Shown here: piece by piece, positions 1 to 11,434 of the stretch
How the letters are laid out: each line of letters starts with the position of its first letter
Position numbering within the stretch: position 1 is the first letter of the stretch
Notes under the pieces: generated by a model
Seen by the model: only the letters and a program-made list of their open reading frames with translations
The model's database searches: none
Told to the model about the DNA's origin: nothing
DNA from: an uncultured bacterium
GTDB taxonomy: Bacteria > Verrucomicrobiota > Kiritimatiellia > RFP12 > UBA1067
Assembly (NCBI GenBank): GCA_900547945.1
Contig: URIT01000003.1
Coordinates: 1,406-65,405 of the forward strand
Reading direction: 5' to 3'
Length of the DNA: 64,000 nt
Program-made: the position numbers and the translations under genes

Positions 1-2872
1 AGCCCGGCACCGCCGCACGTGCCCGGCGCGCGTCGTCCGCGTCCGAGCGGAAGGTGAAGTCCTTCACCACGTTCTCGGTGTAGTATCCGCCCACGATGCC
101 CCGGAGGCGGACCTGCGCCGTCGCGTTGGTCGCGAGCAGCGCCGCCATGTCGACGTCCGTGAAGACGACGTCCCGCACGTCCGCCCCGTCCCGCTGCGCC
201 ATCGAGACGGCGAGCGTCTTCGCCGTGGCGTCGTAGGCGAGGGAGACCTGCGCCGGGCCGTTCTGCGCGAAGTCGATGGGCGTGCAGTCGGTGACGGACT
301 GCTCCTTGTCGTACACGTTGCGGCGGGTGAGCTTCAGCTGCGTCTTGCGCGTGTTGTACTTGTTCGTCACGCCGCCCTCCACCACCGTGACGTCCTCGTA
401 GTAGCGCCACTGGAGGATGAGCCCGCGGGCGGACGCATCCAGGAACGACAGCTCCACCGCGTCCGCCGGCGCATGGTCGTGCGCGCCGAGGTCGTAGGTG
501 AAGGACGCCTCCCAGTTCCCGCCCACGGGATAGCGGGCGACCGACAGCGCGACACCGCTCATCTTCTTGCCGTCGAGGAGGCGCGAGGTCGCAAGCGAAC
601 CGTCGTCGCGCCAGTACGCGCCGCCCGAAAGCGTCCAGAGCGCCGGATCCGCCGTCGTGAGCGGCGCGGGCACGGCGACGGCCCCGTCGTCCGCCACGTC
701 CACCACCGCGCCGTCCGCGTAGGCGAGGCGGTTCATGAGGAAGCCGGCCAGGTTCGCGTTCGGCCGCAGCCGCGCCGTGAACGTCTCGCCCGCGCCCAGC
801 GTCTTCGTGCCGCCCACGCGCACGAGGTCCACCGCCCCGTCCCGTTCCTCGAAGCGGATGTTGGAGAAGCAGAACGCGGCGTTCGAGCCGCCCGTTCCGC
901 CGCCGAGGGTGAGGTACGCCGCGTCGGCGCCCACGACGGACGCGAGGTCCACCGCGTAGTCCCAGGCGGCCTCCACGCCGTCGGGCGTGCGGATCGAGAA
1001 CGTGACGCGCCCCGCCGCCGCGTCGTAGACGAGACGGCACCGGCGGCGGGCCGCCCACGCGCCGTGTGTCGTCAGGACGCCCCGCGTCGGGAAGGTCTGC
1101 GCGGCAGTGCCGTTCACGCCGAACAGGATCTGCTCGTTGTACACGTCCACAACGACGCCGAACGAATCCGCCACGCCGGAATAGCCCGTGTTGCCGCCGC
1201 CGCAGGCGCCGCTGCCGGCCTTCTGGAAGAAGAGCGACCACCCGTCGGCCGGCCGCCCGCTTGTGAAGTAGAGGAACGTGTCGAACGCGAGCTCGAAGGA
1301 GCGGTCCACGCGCACCGGCGCGTCCAGCACCGCCGTCGAGCCGCTGTCCGCCCGCATGGCCTCGGTCACCGACACGGTGCCGTCGGCGCGCCACCGCGCG
1401 TTGCGGTTGCACACCCAGGAGCGGAGGCGTTCGAGGCCGAACGCCTCGAAGGTCGCCGCGTCCGCCCGCACGTCCATCGCGCCGAGCACGCCGTCGCCGG
1501 ACACCTCCAGCGCCGCTCCGGGCGCGCAGGCGAGCACGCCCGTCAGGCCGCCGGTCCAGCCGCCCGGCGCCACGCTCATGCGCAGGGTCCCCGTCTGCGC
1601 CGTCACGTCCACCGCCGAGGGCGCGAGCGTCAACACGCCCGCGCCCGTCTTCACGATCGACGCGCCGGCGGCAAGATTCGTCGGCGGGATGCCGAGGCAC
1701 GCGTAAAGCGGCGCATCGAGCGTCGCGCCGTCCGCGCCGATGCCGAGCCGCGCCGACGAGAGGCGGAACCAGTCCGTCGGCGCGCGGTTCGCCGTGCAGG
1801 GCGCAAGCGTCGCGCCGTCCAGGACCACGCTGCCGTTGGCGTAGCCGTTCGTCGCCGCGTGCAGCAGCGTGTCGTCCGTCTTCAGCGTGCCGCCGTTCGT
1901 GACGACGAGGCTGTTCCCCGTGCGGACAAAGCCCACCGGGAAGGCGAGCGTGCCGCCGTCCACCACGACCTCGGCCTTCACGGCGCCGCTGCGCCCGATC
2001 TGGAAGCCCTGGGTGTCGGTCGCCGGATTCTGCCGCCCGGCCGTCAGCGTCGCGCCCGGCCCCACGCGGATGCGCGCCTCGCCCACCCCTTCGCCCACGA
2101 ACACATCGTTTTTGACCGTGAGCCGCGCGTTCTCGATGTCGAGGAGGGAACGGCCGTAGTAGCCCGAGACGCCGTTCGCGTTGTTCAGGCAGATCTGCGA
2201 CAGGTTCACGACGGCGCCGCCCGACACGTAGAGGCTCGACGTCACGTCGTTGTCCGTCCGGCCCGCGCCGCGCGAGATGCAGAACCAGTTCCTCTGGTGG
2301 TCGACGGTGCCGCCCACAATGTCGAGCCGCGTCGACTTCTGCGTGCGCGACCCGATCCAGCAGACGCCGTCCAGGGCGTTCGTCTGGCCGGGCGCGCCCA
2401 TCACCACGCGCCCGTCGTTGACCGTGAAGACGGCGTAGCCCTTGTCGCCGACGGTGCCCGTGGCCTCGTCCCACACGAGATCGTAGCTGTCCTGGTCCTC
2501 ATGGGCGCGCGACACGCCGAGGTTGTTGTCGCCCGGCGCGGCCAGGGCGAGCGTGCCCGGACCGTCCTTGATGAAGGCGCCCGCCGTCTGGCGGACCGGC
2601 CCCGCCACCGTGAGCGTCGCCGCCGGATCCTCGATCCGCACGGTCGCCGGCAGGCCGTCCGGCACCGTGAAGGTCAGCCCCTTCTCCAGCGTGGCCGTCG
2701 CCCCCGTGTAGTTCAAGAGCCCGCTCCCCAAGACGAACGGCACCCCGGCCTCCCCGAAGTCCGCCACCGTCGCAGCCGTGAACACGCCGTCGCCCGGCCA
2801 CGCCTCCGTGACCGTCTGCCCCCAGAGGACCGCCGGCACGATGCACCCCACGGCGCACAGGATTCCACCCAT
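1..2872 (-). CDS. Large secreted repeat protein (N-terminal ~957 aa; C-terminus lies beyond the left window edge): PATR-type beta-strand repeats plus lectin/LamG-like modules
   Basis: My own reverse-complement reading gives ATG at 2872 (MGGILCAVGCIVPAVLWGQTVTEAW..., signal/anchor-like) and an open frame to position 2. It is absent from the ORF track because no stop lies in the window. Motifs FIKDGPGTLALAAPG and IVKTGAGVLTLAPS are typical of autotransporter-associated beta-strand repeats. ADGWSLFFQKAGSGACGGGNTGYSG resembles L-type lectin-like domains. The overlapping + strand ORF 473..3001 is R/A/G/P-rich junk. Confidence 0.75.
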   Translation of the reverse strand, partial: MGGILCAVGCIVPAVLWGQTVTEAWPGDGVFTAATVADFGEAGVPFVLGSGLLNYTGATATLEKGLTFTVPDGLPATVRIEDPAATLTVAGPVRQTAGAFIKDGPGTLALAAPGDNNLGVSRAHEDQDSYDLVWDEATGTVGDKGYAVFTVNDGRVVMGAPGQTNALDGVCWIGSRTQKSTRLDIVGGTVDHQRNWFCISRGAGRTDNDVTSSLYVSGGAVVNLSQICLNNANGVSGYYGRSLLDIENARLTVKNDVFVGEGVGEARIRVGPGATLTAGRQNPATDTQGFQIGRSGAVKAEVVVDGGTLAFPVGFVRTGNSLVVTNGGTLKTDDTLLHAATNGYANGSVVLDGATLAPCTANRAPTDWFRLSSARLGIGADGATLDAPLYACLGIPPTNLAAGASIVKTGAGVLTLAPSAVDVTAQTGTLRMSVAPGGWTGGLTGVLACAPGAALEVSGDGVLGAMDVRADAATFEAFGLERLRSWVCNRNARWRADGTVSVTEAMRADSGSTAVLDAPVRVDRSFELAFDTFLYFTSGRPADGWSLFFQKAGSGACGGGNTGYSGVADSFGVVVDVYNEQILFGVNGTAAQTFPTRGVLTTHGAWAARRRCRLVYDAAAGRVTFSIRTPDGVEAAWDYAVDLASVVGADAAYLTLGGGTGGSNAAFCFSNIRFEERDGAVDLVRVGGTKTLGAGETFTARLRPNANLAGFLMNRLAYADGAVVDVADDGAVAVPAPLTTADPALWTLSGGAYWRDDGSLATSRLLDGKKMSGVALSVARYPVGGNWEASFTYDLGAHDHAPADAVELSFLDASARGLILQWRYYEDVTVVEGGVTNKYNTRKTQLKLTRRNVYDKEQSVTDCTPIDFAQNGPAQVSLAYDATAKTLAVSMAQRDGADVRDVVFTDVDMAALLATNATAQVRLRGIVGGYYTENVVKDFTFRSDADDARRARAAVPG

Positions 2873-2958
2873 GCGCGCCCAACCCGCTCCGTCTTGCCGC
2901 TTGTCCATAGACACCTCGTTCTCATGCGTTCACGATACAACCTTCTCCAATGTAAGCA

Positions 2959-2988
2959 AGTATACAATCCGCACCCCCCACCTGTCAA
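2959..2988 (-). promoter_or_regulatory. Sigma70-type promoter TTGACA-N18-TATACT for the large repeat-protein gene
   Basis: The minus strand reads TTGACA (2988..2983), an 18-nt spacer, then TATACT (2964..2959), about 87 nt upstream of the ATG at 2872. Confidence 0.5.
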
Positions 2989-3015
2989 TTGTAAGTTTTA
3001 AGTTTTTTTGGGGAG

Positions 3016-3035
3016 GGTCGCGCTCCTGCGCGACC
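3016..3035 (-). other. GC-rich hairpin GGTCGCGC-TCCT-GCGCGACC downstream of the Nudix gene (possible U-tract-less terminator)
   Basis: Perfect 8-bp stem with a 4-nt loop, 90 nt after the Nudix stop. On the transcribed (minus) strand it is followed by CTCCCCAAAAAAA rather than a T-run, so it is not a canonical intrinsic terminator. Confidence 0.3.
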
Positions 3036-3125
3036 GCCGTCCGCGCCGGGGCGGGGTGGGGTGGTAGGGGCCGACGTCCTCGGCGGCCCGCCCCGTGCGC
3101 GTGGCGTCCCTCCGTTTCCCGTGCG

Positions 3126-3680
3126 TCAGATCTTCGTCCTGGACAGCCTGTAGGCCAGCCAGGCCGACAGGGTCTTCGCGTCGAAGATCGTCCCCGCGCG
3201 GATGCCGTCCTCAACCTCCCCGGCACTCAGCACGACGGGGTACACGTTCTCGTCCGGATCCTGGTCCTGCGCGTGCGGCGCGGCGGCGAGTTCCGCGAAG
3301 TAGAGGTGGATGCGTTCCGCGCAGTAGCCGGGCGTGCAGATGACCGTCGTCAGGAAGGAGATGGACATCACGTCGTAGCCGGTCTCCTCCGCCGTTTCGC
3401 GCGTGGCGGCCACGAGGGGGTCTTCGCCAGGCTCGATCATGCCCGCAATCACCTCGATGAGCGCCTGTTCGGCGGCCTTGCGGTACTGCTTCACGAACAC
3501 GAACTTCCCGTCCGGTCGCCGCGCCAGGATCGCGACGGCGTTCCCGCGCCGCACGATTTCGCGCTTGGCCCTGCGTCCGTCGGGCAGCTCGACGTCGAGC
3601 ACGTCGACGTTGACGATCTTGCCGGTGTACGTGCGCGTCGTCGCAAGCGTCTTCTCGTAGAACTTGTCTTCCGTTTCCAT
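3126..3680 (-). CDS. Nudix hydrolase (ADP-ribose pyrophosphatase-like)
   Basis: 184-aa ORF with the Nudix box GMIEPGEDPLVAATRETAEETGY (GX5EX7REUXEEXGU). Amino-acid composition looks normal. Confidence 0.9.
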   Translation of the reverse strand: METEDKFYEKTLATTRTYTGKIVNVDVLDVELPDGRRAKREIVRRGNAVAILARRPDGKFVFVKQYRKAAEQALIEVIAGMIEPGEDPLVAATRETAEETGYDVMSISFLTTVICTPGYCAERIHLYFAELAAAPHAQDQDPDENVYPVVLSAGEVEDGIRAGTIFDAKTLSAWLAYRLSRTKI

Positions 3681-3717
3681 GTCATCCTCGTGTTTCCGTA
3701 AGATCCGATGTGGGGGG

Positions 3718-5055
3718 CTAGCACCCGAGGCGGTGGGCCAGCGTGTTCAGGTAGTCATCCGTCATGCCCGAGACGAAGTCCAGCACCGCATGCGCCCACC
3801 AGGCGCGGGGGCGGGGGCGGTTGGCCTCGTAGTAGGCGTCGCCCCACGCGAGCTGCACGAGCTGCCGGCCCAGCGTCGGGAGGGACGCGAACGGCGGGGC
3901 GTCCCCCGCCACCGGGACCTGCTCCAGGAAAGCGAGGTAGTGGTCGAGAATGCCGGAGAACTGTCCGTAGGACCCGATCTCGGCAATGACCTTGCGGTGG
4001 TGCGAGAAGAGGACGCCGTAGAGGCGCTTGATCTCGTCGAACGCCTCCCGCTGGCCGCTCTCCAGGTAGTCCTTCAGCTCGCCCTCCAGCGTGCCGGAGA
4101 GGATGGCGTCGTAGTGCCGCTCGAACTGCGCGGTGAACGCCTCCACGAGGTCGCGGATCGCCACGCCGCGAAACCACTGCAGCGGTCTACCCGCGCTCTC
4201 GTCCCGGTGGCGCGGCGTGAGGATTTTCCGGAAGAGCGCCGTGACCTGCTGCTCGGAGAAAATGTCCATCGCCACCGCGTCCTCGAAGTCGAGGATGCGG
4301 TAGCAGATGTCGTCGGCGGCCTCGGTGAGGTACGAAAGCGGGTGGCGCATGAACGTGCCGTCCGCGCGCACGAGGCCGAGGCGGTCCCAGACCTTGCGGA
4401 AGATCGCCTCCTCGGTGGAGAACGCCGCCAGCTTGCGCGCGCCGGGCGCCCCCACCGCGAAGGAGGACGCCAGCCGGGGGTGCTTGACGAGCGCCCCCAG
4501 CGAGGCCAGCGTGAAGCAGTAGTAGACCGAATCCCGCAGGTCGCTCCGGGCCAAGAGGCGGAAGGCCTGCGCGTTGCCGTCGAACACGCGGAAGTCGTTC
4601 CACACGGGGTCATCCCCCAGGCGGGCACCCGTCTTTTCGGCCCAGGACTGGATCGCCTCCTCGCCGGAGTGCCCGTAGGCGGGATTCCCGATGTCGTGCG
4701 CGAGCCCGGCGGCCTGCATGCTCCAGTCGATGGCCTCGATCCGTTCGGGGGCCACGTCGCCCCGCGCCCGCACGATCCGCTGGACCTCCTTGGCGAACGT
4801 GTGGCAGAGGGACGCCACCTCCAGCGAATGCGTCAGGCGGTTGTGGATGTAGTCGACGTCCGCGAACGGATGGACCTGCGTCTTCCGTGCGAGGCGCCGG
4901 AAGGCGGACGAAAATACGACGCGCCCGTAGTCAACCTCGAACGGCGAGCGCGCGTCGCCCCGCGGACGGTAGTCCTCGAACGAGACCGCCTCCCCCTCCA
5001 CCTTGACCCGCAGCGGGGACAGCAGCCGTTCCCATCTCTCCGTCATCTTCTCCAT
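3718..5055 (-). CDS. dgt: dGTPase-like deoxynucleoside triphosphate triphosphohydrolase (HD domain)
   Basis: The real start is MEKMTERW at 5055; the upstream 135 codons of ORF 3718..5460 are R/G-rich. HD-domain motifs HNRLTHSLEV and GLAHDIGNPAYGH are present. Length (445 aa) is typical of the Dgt family. Confidence 0.88.
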   Translation of the reverse strand: MEKMTERWERLLSPLRVKVEGEAVSFEDYRPRGDARSPFEVDYGRVVFSSAFRRLARKTQVHPFADVDYIHNRLTHSLEVASLCHTFAKEVQRIVRARGDVAPERIEAIDWSMQAAGLAHDIGNPAYGHSGEEAIQSWAEKTGARLGDDPVWNDFRVFDGNAQAFRLLARSDLRDSVYYCFTLASLGALVKHPRLASSFAVGAPGARKLAAFSTEEAIFRKVWDRLGLVRADGTFMRHPLSYLTEAADDICYRILDFEDAVAMDIFSEQQVTALFRKILTPRHRDESAGRPLQWFRGVAIRDLVEAFTAQFERHYDAILSGTLEGELKDYLESGQREAFDEIKRLYGVLFSHHRKVIAEIGSYGQFSGILDHYLAFLEQVPVAGDAPPFASLPTLGRQLVQLAWGDAYYEANRPRPRAWWAHAVLDFVSGMTDDYLNTLAHRLGC

Positions 5056-5062
5056 GTGCGGT

Positions 5063-5073
5063 AGTATAGCACA
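5063..5073 (-). promoter_or_regulatory. Extended -10 promoter TGTGCTATACT, 7 nt upstream of the dgt ATG (leaderless candidate)
   Basis: The minus strand reads TGTGCTATACT-ACCGCAC-ATG. No Shine-Dalgarno sequence can fit in 7 nt. Confidence 0.5.
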
Positions 5074-5117
5074 CTTCCGCCCCGGTGCCCTTTGCATTAA
5101 GACAGCCCGCACCCCGC

Positions 5118-6683
5118 TCAGGCGTCCGCCGCGACCTCGACCTGGCGATCGGAGAGGTTGCGCATGTCGGCGTCGAACGCCGCGCCGACGAGCGTGACCT
5201 TCTTCCCGCAGCGCAGCCACTTCTCGGCGTAGCCCCGCGCCTTGATCTGCGCGAGCGCGGCCGCGGCCGTGCCGTCGAGCTTGAACTCGAAGACGTAGAC
5301 GCCGCGCGGCGTCTCCACGACCGCGTCCACGCGCCCCCGGTTCGTCCAGCACTCCGCGTGCGTGCGCGCGCCGATGAGGACGAAGACCGCGTAGAAGAGC
5401 GTCTGGTAGTACTTCTCGCGCTTCACGGTGATGTTCGCCGGGATGTTCGCGAAGAAGCACGAGAGCGCGTCGAGCATGTCGTCCACGTCGTCCGCCCGCA
5501 GGGCCTCCACCATCTGCGTGAGGAGCGAGGCGTGTTCCTCGCCGTCCAGGCGGGAAAAGTCGGCCGAGAGCGACTCGCTGAACGCGGTCGCCACCTCGAA
5601 GTTCGGCGGCACGAGACGGTAGAGCCGGATGCCGCCGTCCTGGCGGGCCGACTTGATCGTGAGGTACCCCGTCTGGTAGAGGAGCGACACGAGGGCCGGC
5701 CTGTCCGGCTCGTAGTTCGAGAACGCCGTCTGCGAAACCTCGATCTCATCCAGCACGACCGGGTTCTTCTCCATGAGCCGCAGGAGGAACGTCGGCGTCC
5801 CCGTCTCGAACCAGTACGGGTCGAACTTCCCCGACGAGAGGCACTTGCCGACCGAGACGGGGTTGAAGACGGGCGCGGCGTTCTCCTCGAAGCGGTAGCC
5901 GTCGTACCACTGGACGAGCCGCGCGAACGTCGCCTCGGCGTCGAGGCCCTGCTTCGCGCCGAGGGCCGCGAGCGAGGCGGGGAAGTTCGCCTTGACCTCC
6001 TCGTGCGTGTAGCCGAAGAGCGTCGCGACGCGCGCGTCCATCGAGAACTCGTTGAGGTTGTTGAGGTCGGAGAAGATCGACACCTTCGAGAACTTGCTGA
6101 CGCCCGTCATGAACGCGAAGCGCTGAAGTCCCTCGCACGTCTTGATGACGGAGTAGAACGCCTTGAGTTCGTCGCGGATGGCCGCGACGCCCGGCTTGCC
6201 GAGATGCCAGAGGAGCGGCTTGTCGTATTCGTCGATGAACACGACGCACTTGCCATCCGGATTCGTCCTGGCCGTCTCCTCGATGAGACAACGGAACGAA
6301 ACGGACGGCAAGGCGCTTTCCGTGAAGACGACGCCCAGGCGTGCGGCCTCAGACTTGAGAATGCTGAAAAGAAACTCGCGGAACTCCGCCACCGTCGCCG
6401 CCTGGCAGCTGCCCATGTCGAGCTTGAGGACGGGCCACGTCTTCGACCAGTCCCAGTCCGGCTCGATGGCGAGGCCCCGGAACAGGTCGCGCCGCCCCTC
6501 GAAGAGGCACTGCAGGGTCGAGACGGCGAGCGACTTCCCGAAGCGGCGCGGGCGCGCGATGAAGAACTGTGTGCCAAGCGACCCGTCGGCGAGCGTCTTC
6601 AGGATCGCCGTCTTGTCCACATAGACGAATCCGCCCTCACGGACGCGCTCGAACGAATAGGTGTCTGTCGCAATCCGCTCCAT
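5118..6683 (-). CDS. AAA-ATPase-like domain protein with C-terminal PD-(D/E)XK nuclease-like domain (PF09820/PF08011-type)
   Basis: 521 aa. The N-terminus MERIATDTYSFERVREGGFVYVDKTAILKTL...FFIARPRRFGKS is the characteristic start of this family. The C-terminus GRVDAVVETPRGVYVFEFKLDG matches the PDDEXK_9 pattern. Confidence 0.8.
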   Translation of the reverse strand: MERIATDTYSFERVREGGFVYVDKTAILKTLADGSLGTQFFIARPRRFGKSLAVSTLQCLFEGRRDLFRGLAIEPDWDWSKTWPVLKLDMGSCQAATVAEFREFLFSILKSEAARLGVVFTESALPSVSFRCLIEETARTNPDGKCVVFIDEYDKPLLWHLGKPGVAAIRDELKAFYSVIKTCEGLQRFAFMTGVSKFSKVSIFSDLNNLNEFSMDARVATLFGYTHEEVKANFPASLAALGAKQGLDAEATFARLVQWYDGYRFEENAAPVFNPVSVGKCLSSGKFDPYWFETGTPTFLLRLMEKNPVVLDEIEVSQTAFSNYEPDRPALVSLLYQTGYLTIKSARQDGGIRLYRLVPPNFEVATAFSESLSADFSRLDGEEHASLLTQMVEALRADDVDDMLDALSCFFANIPANITVKREKYYQTLFYAVFVLIGARTHAECWTNRGRVDAVVETPRGVYVFEFKLDGTAAAALAQIKARGYAEKWLRCGKKVTLVGAAFDADMRNLSDRQVEVAADA

Positions 6684-6695
6684 GGCACGCGCCCC

Positions 6696-9917
<3,222 letters not shown>

Positions 9918-9963
9918 CTGCCGCTTGTCCTCGCTTAATGGGGTGATCAAAAACCGGGTAGAT

Positions 9964-9992
9964 AGTATACCCGATTCGGGGAGGGTAAACAA
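9964..9992 (-). promoter_or_regulatory. Putative carB promoter TTGTTT-N17-TATACT
   Basis: The minus strand reads TTGTTT (9992..9987), a 17-nt spacer, then TATACT (9969..9964), about 46 nt upstream of the carB ATG. Confidence 0.4.
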
Positions 9993-10015
9993 GGGCGCAG
10001 ACAAGAAGACAAGAA

Positions 10016-10049
10016 GAGAATCGGCCGCGCTCCTGCGCGGCCGATTCTC
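10016..10049 (-). terminator. Rho-independent terminator of the ABC-2/DUF4340 operon
   Basis: Perfect 15-bp stem GAGAATCGGCCGCGC / GCGCGGCCGATTCTC with loop TCCT. On the minus strand it is followed by TTCTTGTCTTCTTGTCT. It lies 70 nt after the DUF4340 stop. Confidence 0.75.
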
Positions 10050-10119
10050 TTTCCCGCACATCGGGTGCGGACGCCACGGAGCGCGTCCCTCCCAAGTGGG
10101 AAACCTGTGCGTCTGCCCG

Positions 10120-11250
10120 CTACTTCTTCGCGGGTTCCTTCTTCGGCTCGGCCTTCTTTGGCGCGTCGGCCGTCTTTGGCTCGGCCGTCTTGACGTCGGC
10201 CTTCTTCGCCGCATCGTCCTTCTTCGGCTCCTCCTTGGCCTTCACGAGGTCCTTGCGGGCCTTCGCGAAGTTGTCCGCGCTGTAGGAGCTGACGGAGTAG
10301 GTCCACTTGCCGGCCTTCGCGTTGAAGTCCTTCACGGCCTGTTCGAGCTTCGCGTTCTCCGTGGCGTTCGTGCCGACGGGGGTGAACGCGGCGCTCACCT
10401 TCAGCCAGCGGTCGGAGCCGGTCGCGGTGCCGCCCGTCTTCGCCGTGTAGACCGTGCCGTTCTTGAGCGTGGCCGTGTAGACGGCGCCCGTCGCGAAGCC
10501 GAGTTCGGCCTCGGTGAGCTTGGGGTCGGCGACGCCCGTCAGGTCGAGGTAGCTGAGCGCGGAGTCGAGCGAGTAGGTCTTGGAGGTGTCAAGCTCCTCC
10601 TTCGGCCCGAGGCCCGCGAGGTCCCACTTCCCGTCCTTGCGCGTGAGCTTCACCGTCTCCTTGCCCTTCGCGTAGGTGACGGCGGCGACGTCGGACGCCG
10701 TGACCGCGCAGATGCGCGTGTCGATCCACTTCTTCGGATCGCCGTCGAACGCCTCCAGCGCGTCCTTCACGAGGACGGGCGTCTTGCCGTCGAAGAGGAC
10801 GTAGCGGCCGTCGGGGTAGCCACCGCCGCCGAACTGCGCCATCTGGCCCTTGGGCTTGGCCATGTGCGTGTCGCCGAGCGCGACCGAGGCGAGGGCCGCG
10901 CCCTTCGCGTCCTTGAGCGCGACGACCGTCGGGGACGTGATCGCCTTGCCCGTCGCGAGCTGGCCGACCTTGAGATCCTTCAGCTTGAGCAGGTTCTCGC
11001 GGATCTTCGCCACGTCGGCGGGGTAGCCGTAGAGCGTCTCGACCGTCCAGCCCGCGTCCGTCGCCGCGAGCGCGACCTTCTTCGCGCCGCCGATCTCGAC
11101 GCGCGCGACGTCCGAGACCGCGAACGCGGGGAGGATCTTCTTGCCCACGACGGAGGGCGTCTTCATCTTCTTGCCCGCCGTCGTCCAGTACGCGACGCCG
11201 CCGAGCACGACGGCCACCGCAGAGAGAATTACGAGGTTCTTGCTTGTCAT
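10120..11250 (-). CDS. DUF4340-like membrane-anchored protein with a lysine-rich C-terminal tail
   Basis: 376 aa with the N-terminal anchor MTSKNLVILSAVAVVLGGVAYW. Sitting last after GldG-like, permease and ATPase genes is the usual DUF4340 context. The tail reads KAKEEPKKDDAAKKADVKTAEPKTADAPKKAEPKKEPAKK. Confidence 0.75.
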   Translation of the reverse strand: MTSKNLVILSAVAVVLGGVAYWTTAGKKMKTPSVVGKKILPAFAVSDVARVEIGGAKKVALAATDAGWTVETLYGYPADVAKIRENLLKLKDLKVGQLATGKAITSPTVVALKDAKGAALASVALGDTHMAKPKGQMAQFGGGGYPDGRYVLFDGKTPVLVKDALEAFDGDPKKWIDTRICAVTASDVAAVTYAKGKETVKLTRKDGKWDLAGLGPKEELDTSKTYSLDSALSYLDLTGVADPKLTEAELGFATGAVYTATLKNGTVYTAKTGGTATGSDRWLKVSAAFTPVGTNATENAKLEQAVKDFNAKAGKWTYSVSSYSADNFAKARKDLVKAKEEPKKDDAAKKADVKTAEPKTADAPKKAEPKKEPAKK

Positions 11251-11302
11251 GTGTCTGCCTTCAGGAATGAATTGAACGATGTTGCCCGCTGCCGCGCTTC
11301 AA

Positions 11303-11414
11303 GCACTTAAGCACTTAACCACTTAACTACTTAACTACTTAACTATTTAAGCACTTAACCACTTAACTACTAAAGCACTTAACCACTTAACTACTTAACC
11401 ACTTAACTACTCAA
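11303..11414. repeat. 14 tandem copies of an 8-bp unit (GC/CC/CT)ACTTAA
   Basis: Read directly as gcacttaa gcacttaa ccacttaa ctacttaa ctacttaa ctatttaa gcacttaa ccacttaa ctactaaa gcacttaa ccacttaa ctacttaa ccacttaa ctactcaa. The phase is kept with no indel. It lies in the 184-nt gap between the GldG-like stop and the DUF4340 start. Confidence 0.95.
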
Positions 11415-11434
11415 AACGCGGCGGCTTAATTTCC

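Noticed and set aside
473-3001. Long plus-strand ORFs antisense to the real genes. Examples: 473..3001 (842 aa), 5085..9938 (1617 aa), 21979..25896 (1305 aa), 44585..46867, 47925..50003 and 60152..61708.
   Set aside because: The translations are dominated by R/A/G/P/H with no motifs. They are the mirror frames of well-supported minus-strand genes (carB, the hydrolases, the Tad genes). This is the typical high-GC open-frame artefact.
3016-3035. The hairpin after the Nudix gene considered as a canonical intrinsic terminator.
   Set aside because: On the transcribed strand the stem is followed by CTCCCCAAAAAAA, not a U-tract; the T-run precedes the stem on the other strand. I kept it only as a possible U-tract-less hairpin.
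3718-6683. The dGTPase-like gene next to a PD-(D/E)XK/AAA-ATPase-like gene, considered as an anti-phage dNTP-depletion defence island.
   Set aside because: Both genes are embedded between Nudix and carB housekeeping genes at native GC. No other defence genes or mobility signatures are nearby. Without phylogeny I cannot separate a defensive Dgt from the housekeeping clade, so the idea is kept only as a low-probability one.
11303-11414. The tandem repeat considered as a CRISPR array or as a coding repeat.
   Set aside because: The units are 8 bp with no spacers. There are no cas genes, and stop codons occur in all frames on both strands.
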